Source: Phaeosaccion multiseriatum (taxonomy: Eukaryota; Protista; Ochrophyta, other classes). Taken from it: a stretch of DNA of 64,000 nucleotides. The notes under the pieces are model-generated. The model was not told the origin of the DNA. It saw nothing but the letters and a program-made list of their open reading frames with translations, and searched no databases. The first letter of the stretch is position 1, and every line of letters starts with the position of its first letter. Location: assembly GCA_965112735.1 (NCBI GenBank), contig OZ218962.1, positions 2,294,001 to 2,358,000 of the forward strand, read 5' to 3'. Positions 1-11,951 of the stretch are shown piece after piece. The position numbers were made by a program, and so were the translations under genes.

Positions 1-48
1 CCTCCCGGCCACACACTCTCTAAAACCTTACTATACATATATGAACAG

Positions 49-1801
49 CACCGCATTATGGGGCGGATACGTGAGCAGCTGACCGCCTTCTTGGTCGGCT
101 TCTACGACGTTATCCCCGAAGCCCTCCTCACTGTGTTCGACTTTCAAGAGCTTGAGCTGCTCATGTGTGGACTGCCGCGCATAGAGCTCGAGGATTGGAG
201 GGTCAATACAGACTATGCCGGCTTCTTCGAGCGGCAGGGGCTCAAGCATAAGGTGGGGTTGGTTGGTTGGTTGGTTGGTGGGTGGGTTGCTGAGTGAGTG
301 AGTGGGTGTGTGGGGGGGGGGTACGTGGGTAGGTAGGTAGGACGGTTGGTTGGGTTGGGTTGGGTTGGGTTGGGTTGGTTGGTTGGTTGTTTGGTCGGTT
401 GGTTTGTTGGTTGGTGGGTTGGTTGGTTGGCTGTCTGGTTTGTTCGGTAGGGTGAGCGTTGGGGTGCAAGTATGTCTTTGGCAGTTGGGGAGATGTTACG
501 GAACCTTACGTAGCCCGTGGTATAGTGCTGGATGATGAGTTGAGGTATGCCCTCAAGTGGCCGGAGCCTTGATCTGTAAGACTGAAACTGAAACTACTCC
601 CTCCTCCCCCCACCACACACATACACGCACACACGCATGCACGCGGACACACGATCAAACACGCCTCTTCACACACCTACACACATACACTCACATCTCC
701 ACACACACACACACACCCGCACACACTTCTATACACACACCTACACCCACACCCGCACACATACACACACGCACACACACGCACACACACACACGCACAC
801 ACACGCACGCACACACGCACGCCAGGTTGTAAAGTGGTTCTGGGAGGTGCTGGAGGAGTTTGAGACAGAGCAGAAGGCGCGGCTCTTGCAGTTCGTGACG
901 GGTACCTCTGGAGTACCCAGCCAGGGCTTTGCGGTGCTGCAGGGCAACGACGGAAACATACGCCGCTTCACCATCAACGGCGTCAGTCTATCGGGCGGAC
1001 TCTTTCCAAGAGGTGTGTGGAGAGGCTAGGAGGAGAGGGAAGAGAGGGAGGGAGGGAGAGAGGGAAGGAGGGAAGGAGGAAAGGAATGAGGGGGTAAGGG
1101 AATGAGGGAGAGCGAGAGAGAGACAGCTGAAGAGGGCGAGACAGGGCGCGCGGGCGGGAGGGAGAGAAGGAGACAGAGAGGAATGGAGACCCTGTCTTGT
1201 CTGCGCATCGCTGCTGCGCCAATACCTTAGCGCGAGAGTGATGCCCGGCGGGCTGAAGGAACAGAATGCACTGAAACTGAAATCCTAGCACCACTTCGTT
1301 CCTCCCTCCTCCCTTCTCCCACGTCCCACTCGCATACTCCGCCGTGCCTGCCCTCCGTGGGGATGGGAAACCCGTCGACGGTTTCGGTTTCCCCAATGGT
1401 CACCATGGCGTCCTCTCTCTCTTTCTCTCTCTGCAGCTCATACGGTGAGTGAGTGTGGCTCTGCATGGCAGTGAACTTGACAAGAAGTGGCGTTGTCGCC
1501 GCCCATAACAAACAATCACTTGAGATCGATAAGGGATCCTTGGGTCAGTAACTGAAACTAACGCACAGCTTGCCTGGGTGGGATGCTGGTCAGCACCGTC
1601 TCCTCCTCAAGTCTGATAAATCCCGCGTTCGCGCGTCCCCTCCCCTCCTCCCCCCCTCCTTCTCCTTCCTTCTCCTCCCTGTATCACCAACTGCAGTGCT
1701 TCAACCGCATCGACTTGCCGCTCTACGCCAGCCGGAGTGACCTCAAGCAGTACCTGTCACTCGCCATTCAGCTCGAATGCACGGGCTTCGACATCGATTA
1801 A
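49..1801 (+). CDS. HECT-domain E3 ubiquitin ligase (NEDD4/Rsp5-like HECT), 3' part; gene starts upstream of the window
   Basis: Exons 49-252, 826-1012, 1437-1444 (8 nt) and 1697-1801 join in frame at GT-AG sites. They give ...FLVGFYDVIP...FDFQELELLMCG...VKWFWEVL...ARLLQFVTGTSGVP...FPRAHTCFNRIDLPLY...GFDID*, the canonical HECT C-lobe with the catalytic Cys and the Phe near the C-terminus. Confidence 0.95.
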
Positions 1802-3365
1802 GTAAAGAGGGCCCGTCCCCGCACCTCCCAGGAGAAGGGAGGGAGGAGGGGCGGGGCGCAGTCGGGCACGGAGGGGGGAGGGCGCAAGGAGCAGCGACCG
1901 AATTCTGACCCACTCCGGTTCTTGGCCTCTTCATTCAACCCTCCACTTCGAAGCAAGCAGCGTACTGCACACACGCACGCACGCACGCTCCAGAGGTCTC
2001 AACACCATTGTGGGTGTACCCAAATCACTTCGGTGGTGGCGGCGCCGGCGGCGGCGACGGTGGTGGTGATGGTGGTGATGGTGGTGGTGGTGGTGGTCGT
2101 GGCGGTTGGTTCAGCGGTCGGCGTCCACAAGTCTCTTGGCGTGGGACGTCACGACAGGCAAAATTCGTATTCCAAAACTAAAGTACTTCACACAAAAGAG
2201 AATATACATTTATGGCAACGTGCAACCCTTCCTTTCCACCTGTGCAGTCCAATGTATAACAAGGACGGGACAGAGAAGGGGAGTTTATTATTTATCAGAG
2301 GGTTGGGGTTGATCACCCCGCTTCGCTTCTTGGATGAGGCAACGTTCCTGAACGAACGTACCTAGTCATACGATCACCTAGTGGAGTGTGATAGGTACAA
2401 AAGGGGGAGAGCGGGCAAACAAAATGGGCACCAGCCACCAGTGATGATGAGTTGGAACCAATGAGGCGTGAGGAAATTCGAGCCCGGCGTGCCTTAAGTT
2501 CTTGGTTCGCGCAGCCTTTGCTCGTGTCGGATCTCTCAAGGGCCCGCATTGATCTCTGATCTCCTCTCTCCCAGCACGGATTGTGGGCGGTTGCTACTGG
2601 CGGTACCAGGGTAGAGTTTTACAAGGGTTTTATACCATGCGGGGTACAGGTATCGGCAGGTACCCCCAAACGGGCGGAAGGGCAACAAGCATAAGGCAAT
2701 GAAAATCTCATAAAGTCTGTAACTGCTGTCTTCGGGATTGGGAGCTGGTTATACGTGAGACTCGGGCGGGGTAGAGCAACCGGGAGAGGAGTAGGGTGTG
2801 AAGCGAGGAGCAAGCTCGTCCCACACGAGCACGCAGCAGAAAGGGAGGGAGGGGACAAAGCCAGGACGTTAGGTAGGTTGGTAGGAAGAGGGAAAGGGGG
2901 AGAGAAGGGGCAGAGGAAGCCAGAGGGGACACGGAGCAGAGAGAGGGGGAGGGGGGGAGGAGGAGGCCCCCTTTGGCATTGAGAGAGAAGGAAAAGGAAA
3001 GGAATTAGGAGGGCGCGTGTGGAATAGTAGGAGTGCTCGTGAAGGAGAGGAAAAAAGGGAAAGGTTTCAAGCGGCCAGGACCGACCGGCCGGTGAAGAGA
3101 CAGCGAAGCACCACTTGCTGTGGACCGTGACTCGTCTGTGCCGAAGGAATTCCCCACCGATAGATTTTTCGCTCCTGCTGTTTTATTCTGCGAGAGTAAA
3201 GCTGAAGAGAACGCCCAGCAACTCCCATGCTCATTGCGCCTCGCGCCCTGCCTTCCCACTCCCTGCCAACAGGTGCAGCAGATAGAATAGACGCTCGAGC
3301 AAAACATGGATTGCGCATGAAGTGCTTTCTTTAAAGAGTTCGTGGGGATATGATCTGACGCGCAG

Positions 3366-3404
<39 letters not shown>

Positions 3405-3607
3405 CTACTTGGCCTGGTGAGGCAACAACGCAGCAAGCGACGCAGTAACGGCGAAACGCCGGGAGTGTTTTGGTGGGACTCCGCCGAACCGCAGGCAGCG
3501 ACAGCTTCTTGCGGCCGACAAGATTGGGATGGTTCTCCTTCTCAGCAAAGCCTGCGGGCAGTGAGAGCTCTGATACTGCCCAACCACCGTGCTAGGTACT
3601 GCCCAAC

Positions 3608-3617
3608 ATGGCAAGTG

Positions 3618-3653
<36 letters not shown>

Positions 3654-4879
3654 GCGGCGTGGGAATGTCTGCTGCTACCCCAGTCCCCACAGCCCCCCCC
3701 ACCAGCGCCAGGAGCAACAACAACAACAACAACAACAACAGCAGCAGCAGCAGCAGCAGCAGCAATAGCAATAACGACAGCACCAGCAGGGAGGCAATGG
3801 TGAAGCAGCACTTCCTCCCCAAGCTGCTGCACATGCTCAAAGAAGACCCCGGCAGTATGACGGCCGCTTGTATCCGCTGGGATGAAGGAGCGGTGGTGCT
3901 CGAGTCTCCCGCTGTCTTTGCCGACGCCATCCTACCGCGCTACTTTCGCACCCCGAACTACAACTCGTTCCAGCGGCAGCTTAACTATTACGGCTTTCGT
4001 AAGATTCAGGGCGGCCGCGAGAAGGATGCCAAGACCATTTATTTTAACGAGAAGCTGCGGAATCGCCCAGTCAGGGCCCTTTTGAGCCTCCACAAGAGGA
4101 GTGGTCGACACGCGCCGAGGCTTGTTGAGGCACGATCCGCTGCAGCAGCGGCAGCCGTGGTGGCAGAGAGAGAGCGAGGGACTGTTCGACCCAGACTAGT
4201 AAGTGGGGTTGGCCCCGCGGAGGATGAGTACGAGGCAGCGGCAGCCGTGGCCAGGCAAGCGACAGCCAAAGCTGTGGCACATCGAAGGGCTGAGGCGGAG
4301 GGAACGCATCGCAGTGGATGGGAGGGAGCGGAGGGGTATGCGTCGCCGTCGTCGTTTTGGTGGTCGTCCTCGTCGTCGCCCTCGTTATTGTCACCACCAC
4401 TGACACATACATATAACAGATCACCAACTGGTGTATCACCATCTGGTTTATCATCAACTGAGACTTTTGGCGTTGGTGCAAGAGGCGCCGCGGCGGCAGG
4501 AGAAGGCAGCTGGAGAAGCGAGACAGTCGGGAAAGTGAGGGAGAGCGGAGGTGCAGCACCGGGCTATGGAGGAGGAGGAGGAGGAGGAGGAGGAGGAGGA
4601 GGAGGATGGAGGCACGTACCCCCCGCCGCAGGGACGGTGAATGATGAGGATGACGAGGATGACACGTCGCTGCACAATCTACTCCTTAGCGAAGAGGACG
4701 ATGATCACCACCAGCAGCACCAGCCCCACCACCACCAGCATCAGCACCAGCACCAGCACCAGCACCAGAAGCAGCACCAGCACAAAAATCAGCACCAGCA
4801 CCAAAAGCAGCACCAGCAGCAACGACTGCACCAGCATTACCCGCAACAGCAGCAACAGCCCGAGCAGCAGCATCATCAT

Positions 4880-4934
<55 letters not shown>

Positions 4935-5908
4935 TGCACTTTGCTGCAAGTCACGATGACCACGCAGACCAGCAGATGCACCCCGCTCTCTCGCCAGCGG
5001 ACAGTTATCAGCAGCAAAGCCACTACAACTACCCACGCACAAACGCTGAACAACAGGAGCGGCACCTCGTGAGACAGCAGCAGAGGCAGTTCAAGGCCTC
5101 GCGTAAGCGATCGAGCTCAATCTTCGGTAGTAGGTCTCCCGAACCTTGTAGTATCCCTGCTTCTATGATAGGCTATTCGGGCCTCGGCAGGCTCGGCGGA
5201 GGAGAACGAAGGGGTGGAGGAAGAGAAGGAGAAGGAGGCGAAGAAGGAAGGAGGGGTGGTGATGGTGGTGGTGGCGGAGGAGGAGTAAGAGGAGGAGAAG
5301 AAGAAGAAGAAGGAGAAGAAGAAGAGGAAGGAGGAGGAGGAGGAGGAGGAGAAGGAGCAGGAGGAGGAGGAGGAGGAGGAGGAGGAGGAGGAGGAGGAGG
5401 AGGAGGAGGAGGAGGAGGAGGAGGAGGAGGAGGAGGAGGAGGAGGAGGAGGAGGAGGAGGAGGAGGAGGCAAAGGAGGAGGAGAAGGGGCAGGAGGAGGA
5501 GGAGGAGCAGGAGGAGCAGGAGGAGGAGGGGGAGGAGAAAGAGGAGGAGGAGGAGGAGGAGGAGGAGGAGGAGGAGGAGGAGGAGGAGGAGGAGGAGGAG
5601 GAGGAGGAGGAGGAGGAGGAGGAGGAGGAGGAGAAGGAGGGGGGGGAGGAGGAGGAGGAGGAGGAGGTAGGGGGGGAGAGAAGAAGGCCAAGGTCGTGAG
5701 TGACGCACACCGCAAGACCATTTGTGAGAACGAGAGTAATCACGACCAGCAGGATCTCTTCAGGGAGGTCGACTTCGAAGGACCATCGCCTTCTCATCGA
5801 ATGTGGGGCATCGAACCGAGCAACAACTCAAAGCGTGTGTACAGAGGTAAATCCGAGCAGTATGCGTACATCAGCAGCGGGAGCAGTGCTGACACCAGCA
5901 ACAACGGC

Positions 5909-5956
<48 letters not shown>

Positions 5957-7832
5957 GAGGAGGAGGAGGAGGGGGAGGACGGGAAGGAGGAGGAGAAGGA
6001 GGAGAAGGAGGGGGGGGAATCGAAGCTCCGTTCGCACCACCGGATGGCAGTGAATCACCACAACGACAACGCCCACGTCCACGACCACCACTGTAGAGGG
6101 GGTGGAGACAGGACAAGCGGGACAAGAAGTAGGGCAAGCACCTGGAACGCATCCAGCCCGCACTCTCGTAACTTTGAGCCCGTCGCCTTGGCCCAGTACG
6201 ACCCGCAGCTCGGTATGGGCCATCGCCGGCGCTCCTCCTTCGAACTGACAGTGGCTTCCGAGGTGAGATGGCGTGATACATGATACGCGACATGATGTGA
6301 CAAGTGCAGGGGGGATGGGTGCGCGTGTGCTACTACTTGTATCACTGTATCACTGTATCACTGGGCTGGCCCCTTTTCTTTCTCTCCTCCTCAGTCTTTC
6401 TCTCTCTGTCTGTGTCTCGCTCTTCCTCTCTCTCTCTCGCTCCCTCTCCCTCTCCCTCTCCCTCTCCCGCTCCCTCTCCATTCACCTCTCCTCCCCCCCC
6501 CCCTCCTCCTCCTCCTCCTCCTCCTCCTCTTCCTCCCCCTCCTTCCCCTCCCCCCCCTCCCTCCACCGAACAGATTGGTGGGGAGCTCCTAACTGAGGCG
6601 GACATTTTCACCAGCGCCAAACTCTCGACCCTCCACGGGACCCCCGGGGGGCACATACGCAACTGCCGGCAGAGCAGCGAAGCGAGCACATCGACTGGCA
6701 GCCGCTGGGCGAGCTCGCATGGGTCGGATGCGATGTTTGACAGCCACCAGTTAACCGTCCTCGCGGCTGCTGGTGGTCCTGTATCACCAACTGCTGCTGT
6801 TAACTCTGGGGCTGCTGGATTGGAGCAGTGGCACTCCGTCTACTTTATGGAGGACGACGAGGAGGAGGAGGGATGGCATGAGCACCAAGACGTGGCGGCA
6901 CAGGCGAAAGAGCAGCGGCAGTTGGTGCTACAGCAGCAGCAGCAGCACCACCACCACCACCGCCACCACATCCACCACGAGCGGCAGCAGCAGCAGTCGG
7001 TGATACTCCAGCAGCAAGACCGTCAGCATGCACCAGCATCACAGCGCCAGCCCCAGGCAATGAAGGAGACGTCTGGCGCCGACCGGCTCAGGCCGGGTCT
7101 TGGGATGGACTTTGCTCCGCCTCTGCCTCCCTCGAACGAGTCCAGCCTGTCCAGCGAGGGCGGCGTCTCCGTGCTGTCGCCCTTGATGCTCTCGTCCTCG
7201 TCCTCATCGCGAGACATCAGCATACCCCCCGCCCCCACCGCGTTGAGTCAGCAGGTGGGGATCCAGCAGCTGCTCAAGACAGTACAACGGTTACCATTCG
7301 AGTCTACAGCTAGGAATGGTGGTGGTTTCCAAGGGGCACTCTCTCCGCCTTTGGGGCGCGGTTTGAACGTGTCATCCGGCAGCATGAGCAGAGGAGGAGG
7401 AGGAGGGGCAGGAGGAGGGGCAAGAGGAAGGAGGGCAGCAGTTGGTGATACGGCAGGAGCGGGCGGTGGTTCGGCAGTCGGAGGAGCTCTGAGCGAGAGC
7501 AGCGCCACGCCCGCTCGATGCGGCAACAACATCGCCACCCCTCCTCCCCTGGTGTCTCCGTTCAGCGTGTCTCCACCACCTTCTCCTTCCTCCTCCTCCT
7601 GCTCTTCCTGCTCTTCCTCCTCCTCCCCGTCCTCGTCCTCCTTCTTCTCCTCCTCCACCTCCACGTCCGTCTCGTCATCAGCCTCCTTGGTGCAAATGAC
7701 CATGACCGCTCACATCTCCTCCCGAGCCCCCTGCAACGGAGGAATAGTCGCGGGCGGAGAAGGAAGAGCGAAGCGGATTGCATCAGAAGGAGAGGACTCA
7801 ATAGTAACAGCAATGGCACCTTCATCGGCAGT

Positions 7833-7865
<33 letters not shown>

Positions 7866-7923
7866 TGGTAGTACGGTCGCCAGGGAGGTCACCAAGGCTG
7901 AAGACAGGAGCGACACCACTTGA
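3608..7923 (+). CDS. HSF-type DNA-binding domain transcription factor with long low-complexity (poly-S/N/Q/H/G/E) regions, ~1334 aa
   Basis: N-terminal FLPKLLHML...IRW...FADAILPRYFRTPNYNSFQRQLNYYGFRKI matches the HSF DNA-binding domain. Exons 3608-6262 and 6574-7923 join in phase 0 (GAG|GTGAG ... CAG|ATT). The region after the DBD is less certain. Confidence 0.85.
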
Positions 7924-10019
7924 GCGGCGTGTATGTGGCGAAACGGTAAGCACCCCTGAAGCGGTATGACGGGGCGGCACTTGCTTGGGTCTTGGAGGCG
8001 CTTTCGGCTGGTCTTGACGCGAGGAGACAGGCAGAGGGGCGGAAGGGGGAGAAGAAGGGGAGAGGAGGGACGATGGTGCGTCGCTTGTGAAACGGGGGTA
8101 ACTCAGAGGGCGGCAAGTGTTTGATTAGGCTGTCATAGCTAAGGGGCGTAACATAGTAGGTTTACAGGAGAGGATGTAAAAGAAGGGGTGGAATAGGCAG
8201 CAAAGGAGGTGAACAACAGCGTCTGTAAGCAGGTTGCAGCTCGTTTCACTGGGAGGTCTCCCAGCCAGCCAGACCAGTGAATCAGAGCTCGACCGTGGCG
8301 ATGGTGGCAGCAGTCGTTCTTTAGATCTATAGATAGTAGCAGTACAGTAGAGAGCTAGCAATACCAGCCCAGTACTCGCATAGAGCAGTAGAGAGTAGTG
8401 ACATTGGCAGTAGCACAGGATACGAGGTTCGAAGGAGTAGTTTTACTTTTGGTCCTGTGTTTTTCCATCAAGACGGAGAGACGGGAAGGAGGGGGGGGGG
8501 GGGGGGGGGGGGGCTCGCAGCAACGGTGTGTCGGCCGGGCGGGTGTCACTCTTAGACACAGCCACACACCACAGCTAGGACAACACCCCCTTTCGTTGGG
8601 AATGCGCGGCAATAGGAGCGGTCGTAGGAGTAGTAGTAGTAGGTGGATGTGGAGGCGGCAGGAGAGGTAAGTAGCTGGGATGTGGGGTCTCATCTTACAC
8701 GAATAGAGTATCGGTATTTAACTACTCGCAGTAGTCAACGACTACTTTTGTTTTAGCAAAAAGAACCAAAAGCACACGGCCCAAGACTTTCGGTATCGTA
8801 TTATTAAGCTCCACTGACTGTGCTGCGCAGCGACAGTGTCCTGCTCCTGCTGCTAGGCACTACTGCAGAACGATGTGGCAGCAGGCTATGGTATGGGGTG
8901 CGGGCAACACTTGCTAAGTGCGTTTCTCTCTTGAGCATGGTGATGAAGCGCCACCACGCGTAACTGGTTGTTCTCCCTCGGGAAGAGAACCAGCTGTGAA
9001 CCCTCCCGCCCTTCCGGACACTGTGCACTTGCTTCTTTCAGTTGCTGGACATGATGTATATATAGTCCGCCTACTAAGAAGCACTTCGGTAAGTGGGGCC
9101 GAGCACGACCAGTTGTGCTGCTGCTCCTGCCTCTGTCGACGGTGCTGGGGCAGTGACCAGCCAGTGGTGGAGCCGCAGGAGGTGCTGATGGTGGTGAGGT
9201 TGATGGCAATGGCAGCTCGCGCGATTCAGAAAGCGGCAGAGCCTCGACAGGGGCTGCTGGTGGGATTCCTTGCGCCGATGCATGCTGATGATGTAGATCA
9301 TGCAGGAGACCTCTTCTTCTCCTTCTGCCTCCCCCTTTTCCCTCTTATTCCGAATCTTCCTCGCCACCTTCGCCCCCAGATCTGAGAGTAGGGACATCTC
9401 TTGTGCCCTTGCATTTGGGTCTGCTTGGTTTGCTACAACAGAAGGGCTTCCACAGCTCTGAGCTGGATTTCTCGCCAACTTTCCCTGCTGCTTGCAAGCA
9501 GCAGCCAAGCAAATCTTCTAGGAAGGAAATGCTTGCCATCTTTCACTCAGCCACTACAAGCAGCAAGTCTTCCAATCCTTTAGTGTGTATGCTCAGGTCT
9601 TTCACTATACGTTCTGTCCCGTCCACCTTGCGCACCTCTTGTGTCCTTGCTTCAGGTCTTCCACAGCTGGTTTGCTTGTTTTAGGAGACACAGGAGCTGG
9701 CCGCGTCCTCCCATGATTTCCCTGCCAGCTCACCGCTGATTGCAAGCAGAAGTCTCCAGTTCTGTAGTGTCCATGTTCGGGTCCTCCGCCATGCGTTCGA
9801 TTGGGTGCATCTTGCCTTCAGAGATTTGATATTTGAGACGAAGAAATTGAAGAAGGGAGCGCATCTTCGCATGTTGGCTCTCTACTTGTTGCGTCACAGC
9901 TGGTTCTTACCCGTAGAGAAGACCTCCTCTTTTTTCCCTCTCTCCCTCCCTCCGTCCTTAGGAAAAGAATACCTCATTGCTTAGCGGGAGGGGCGAGCAG
10001 CAGCAGAAGCAGTAGCATC

Positions 10020-11399
10020 ATGCTTGCACCCGAGGAGGAGGTGGAGGTGGAGGTGAGCAAAGGGCGGCCCCGCCCGGCCCATGTGGGCCCTCGATCCCAT
10101 CATCCCACGCGCTGCCCCTTTGCCCCACCCTTCCCCCCCGCTCTTTGCCTCTACTCTTTCCTCTCATGTTGGTGTTGTTCGTTGGCCCTTGTTGACCCCT
10201 TGCCCTCAGTGCCCCTTTTCATTACTCCCTGCCTCCCTCCCTCCCCCCCTCTGCCACTCCGCCCCTCCTTTCCTCCCTCTCCCTCCGTCTACCCCCCCCA
10301 CCCCCCACCCTCAACCCAACCTTCGTGCGACGGATGGACAGGTTCGATGGGAAGATCAGCAGTGTATTAACGAGTTCGGTCGCCTCAACAAGCGACAAGC
10401 AGAGATAAACGTAGAACACGCGGAGCTCAAGGTCCGTCCGTCATTGCCTTTTTTCCATTGCTAGCAGCCCTCCCTCCTCTATGAAGGAGTGCCAGTCTGC
10501 TTCCCGTACCATCACTATCCACTTCTCCTCTCACTGGTGGCCCCATCTCACGCTCAAACCTACCTCTTTTTCCCTCCCACACACACACACACTCTCTCTC
10601 TCCCTCTATCTTGTGCCTCCATCCCTCTCTTCTGGACACACACACACACACACACACACACACCTCCACAGGAGAAGCTGGACGGGCTCGACGACGCTAG
10701 CACCGAGCTCATGACGGGCGATGGAGGAACGGTCAAGCTCGCCCTCGGAGAGTGCTACATACAGTGCGATGAGGACTTTGCTACTGACTACTGTGAGCGC
10801 AAGCAGGAGGTGAGCGGAGGAATGGAGGGAGAGGGAGGGAGGGAGGGAGGTGAGAGGGGTAAAGGAGGGGATGGATGGATGAAGGGAGGGAGGGAGGGAG
10901 GGAGCGAGGAATCCACCCTCCCTCTGCTCACAAGTCTCACAAGCAAGCTTCAAACCCTGTTTTGTTTGTTTTGTTTTGTTTGTTTGTTTGTGGTATGCAT
11001 CAATAAATCAATCAATCAACCTATGAATCAGGAGGTGCAGGCGCTGATGGACAAGATAAGGGGGGAGGAGACAAACATTACCAAACGACAAGAGGTGAGG
11101 AGGAAGGAGGCCGGGGGGCGGTTGGGCGGTTGGTTGTATGTACCAACGCTTGGAGTGGGACGGTCGGAAGAGATATGGCAGTGGAAGCAAGTATGTCTCC
11201 ACCTCTGTACTACACCTCGCCCTTCCTTGCAGACTCCCTCCCCTCTCCTCTCCCCTCTCCATGTGCCTCCCTAAGCCCCCTGTCCGTCTGTTGCCATCCC
11301 CTCTCTCCTCTCTTTTGCTCGGTCCGTTGGTGACCGAGGCAGGAGCTCAGAAAGATCCTTTACGCGCGATTCGGCTCCTCCATCAATCTCGAGGCGTAG
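10020..11399 (+). CDS. PFDN4: Prefoldin subunit 4
   Basis: Exons 10020-10052, 10342-10431, 10672-10809, 11032-11094 and 11343-11399 are all phase 0. They give VRWEDQQCINEFGRLN...LDDASTEL...LYARFGSSINLEA*, typical of PFDN4/Gim3. Confidence 0.95.
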
Positions 11400-11951
11400 G
11401 GAGTACACCAAGTACAACAATTGGTAGTACAGCAGGTTGAAAGACAAAAGAACCCCCCATCGCCAAGCACACTCATCAGTCCAATCAAAGTGAGCTGTTC
11501 CCCAGTTCGATATTGCAGAGAAACAGGATTGAAACACGATGGAAACACTAACCAGCAAGCACTCACTAACTCACACAAGCGCGAGTGTGCGGTGCGTGAG
11601 TGAGTGTGTGTGTGTGCGGTAAGTCGCAAACGTTAACAGACGTTAACAGGCCCGAGGCTCTATGATCAATGGGAAGGTATAGATGTAGGGAGACAGAGGT
11701 GCTCAGAAGGACGCCATTGGTTTCTTTCTGACTATAGTCTGCTAAGATGAAGGACGTCTTTACTTGTTTACGCACCAGCGCAGGCAAGGCAGGCTGCACA
11801 CAACGGTCCTCTGAGCGCGATGCCATCACACGCAATCATTCAGTGCCACAGCCCCAACACAACTAAAGTAAGGAAATAACAGCAGCAGCCCTACACGATT
11901 CTGATTCTTCCAAGACTCCAAACGCGAAGGCCCACCAGACTGCCCTGCTGC

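Noticed and set aside
1922-3600. ORFs between the HECT and HSF genes
   Set aside because: They are short, repeat-driven or featureless, with no splice-consistent model. Treated as UTR or intergenic.
5117-5797. Long antisense poly-P/L/S ORFs here and at 14603-15127, 45114-45686, 49741-50511 and 57251-57757
   Set aside because: They are stop-free only because they are (GGA/CCT)n or (CCCT)n repeats, and they have no coding motifs.
8731-8745. Small hairpin GTAGTC-AAC-GACTAC followed by Ts (terminator-like)
   Set aside because: A 6-bp stem is expected by chance, and intrinsic terminators are not relevant to Pol II genes.
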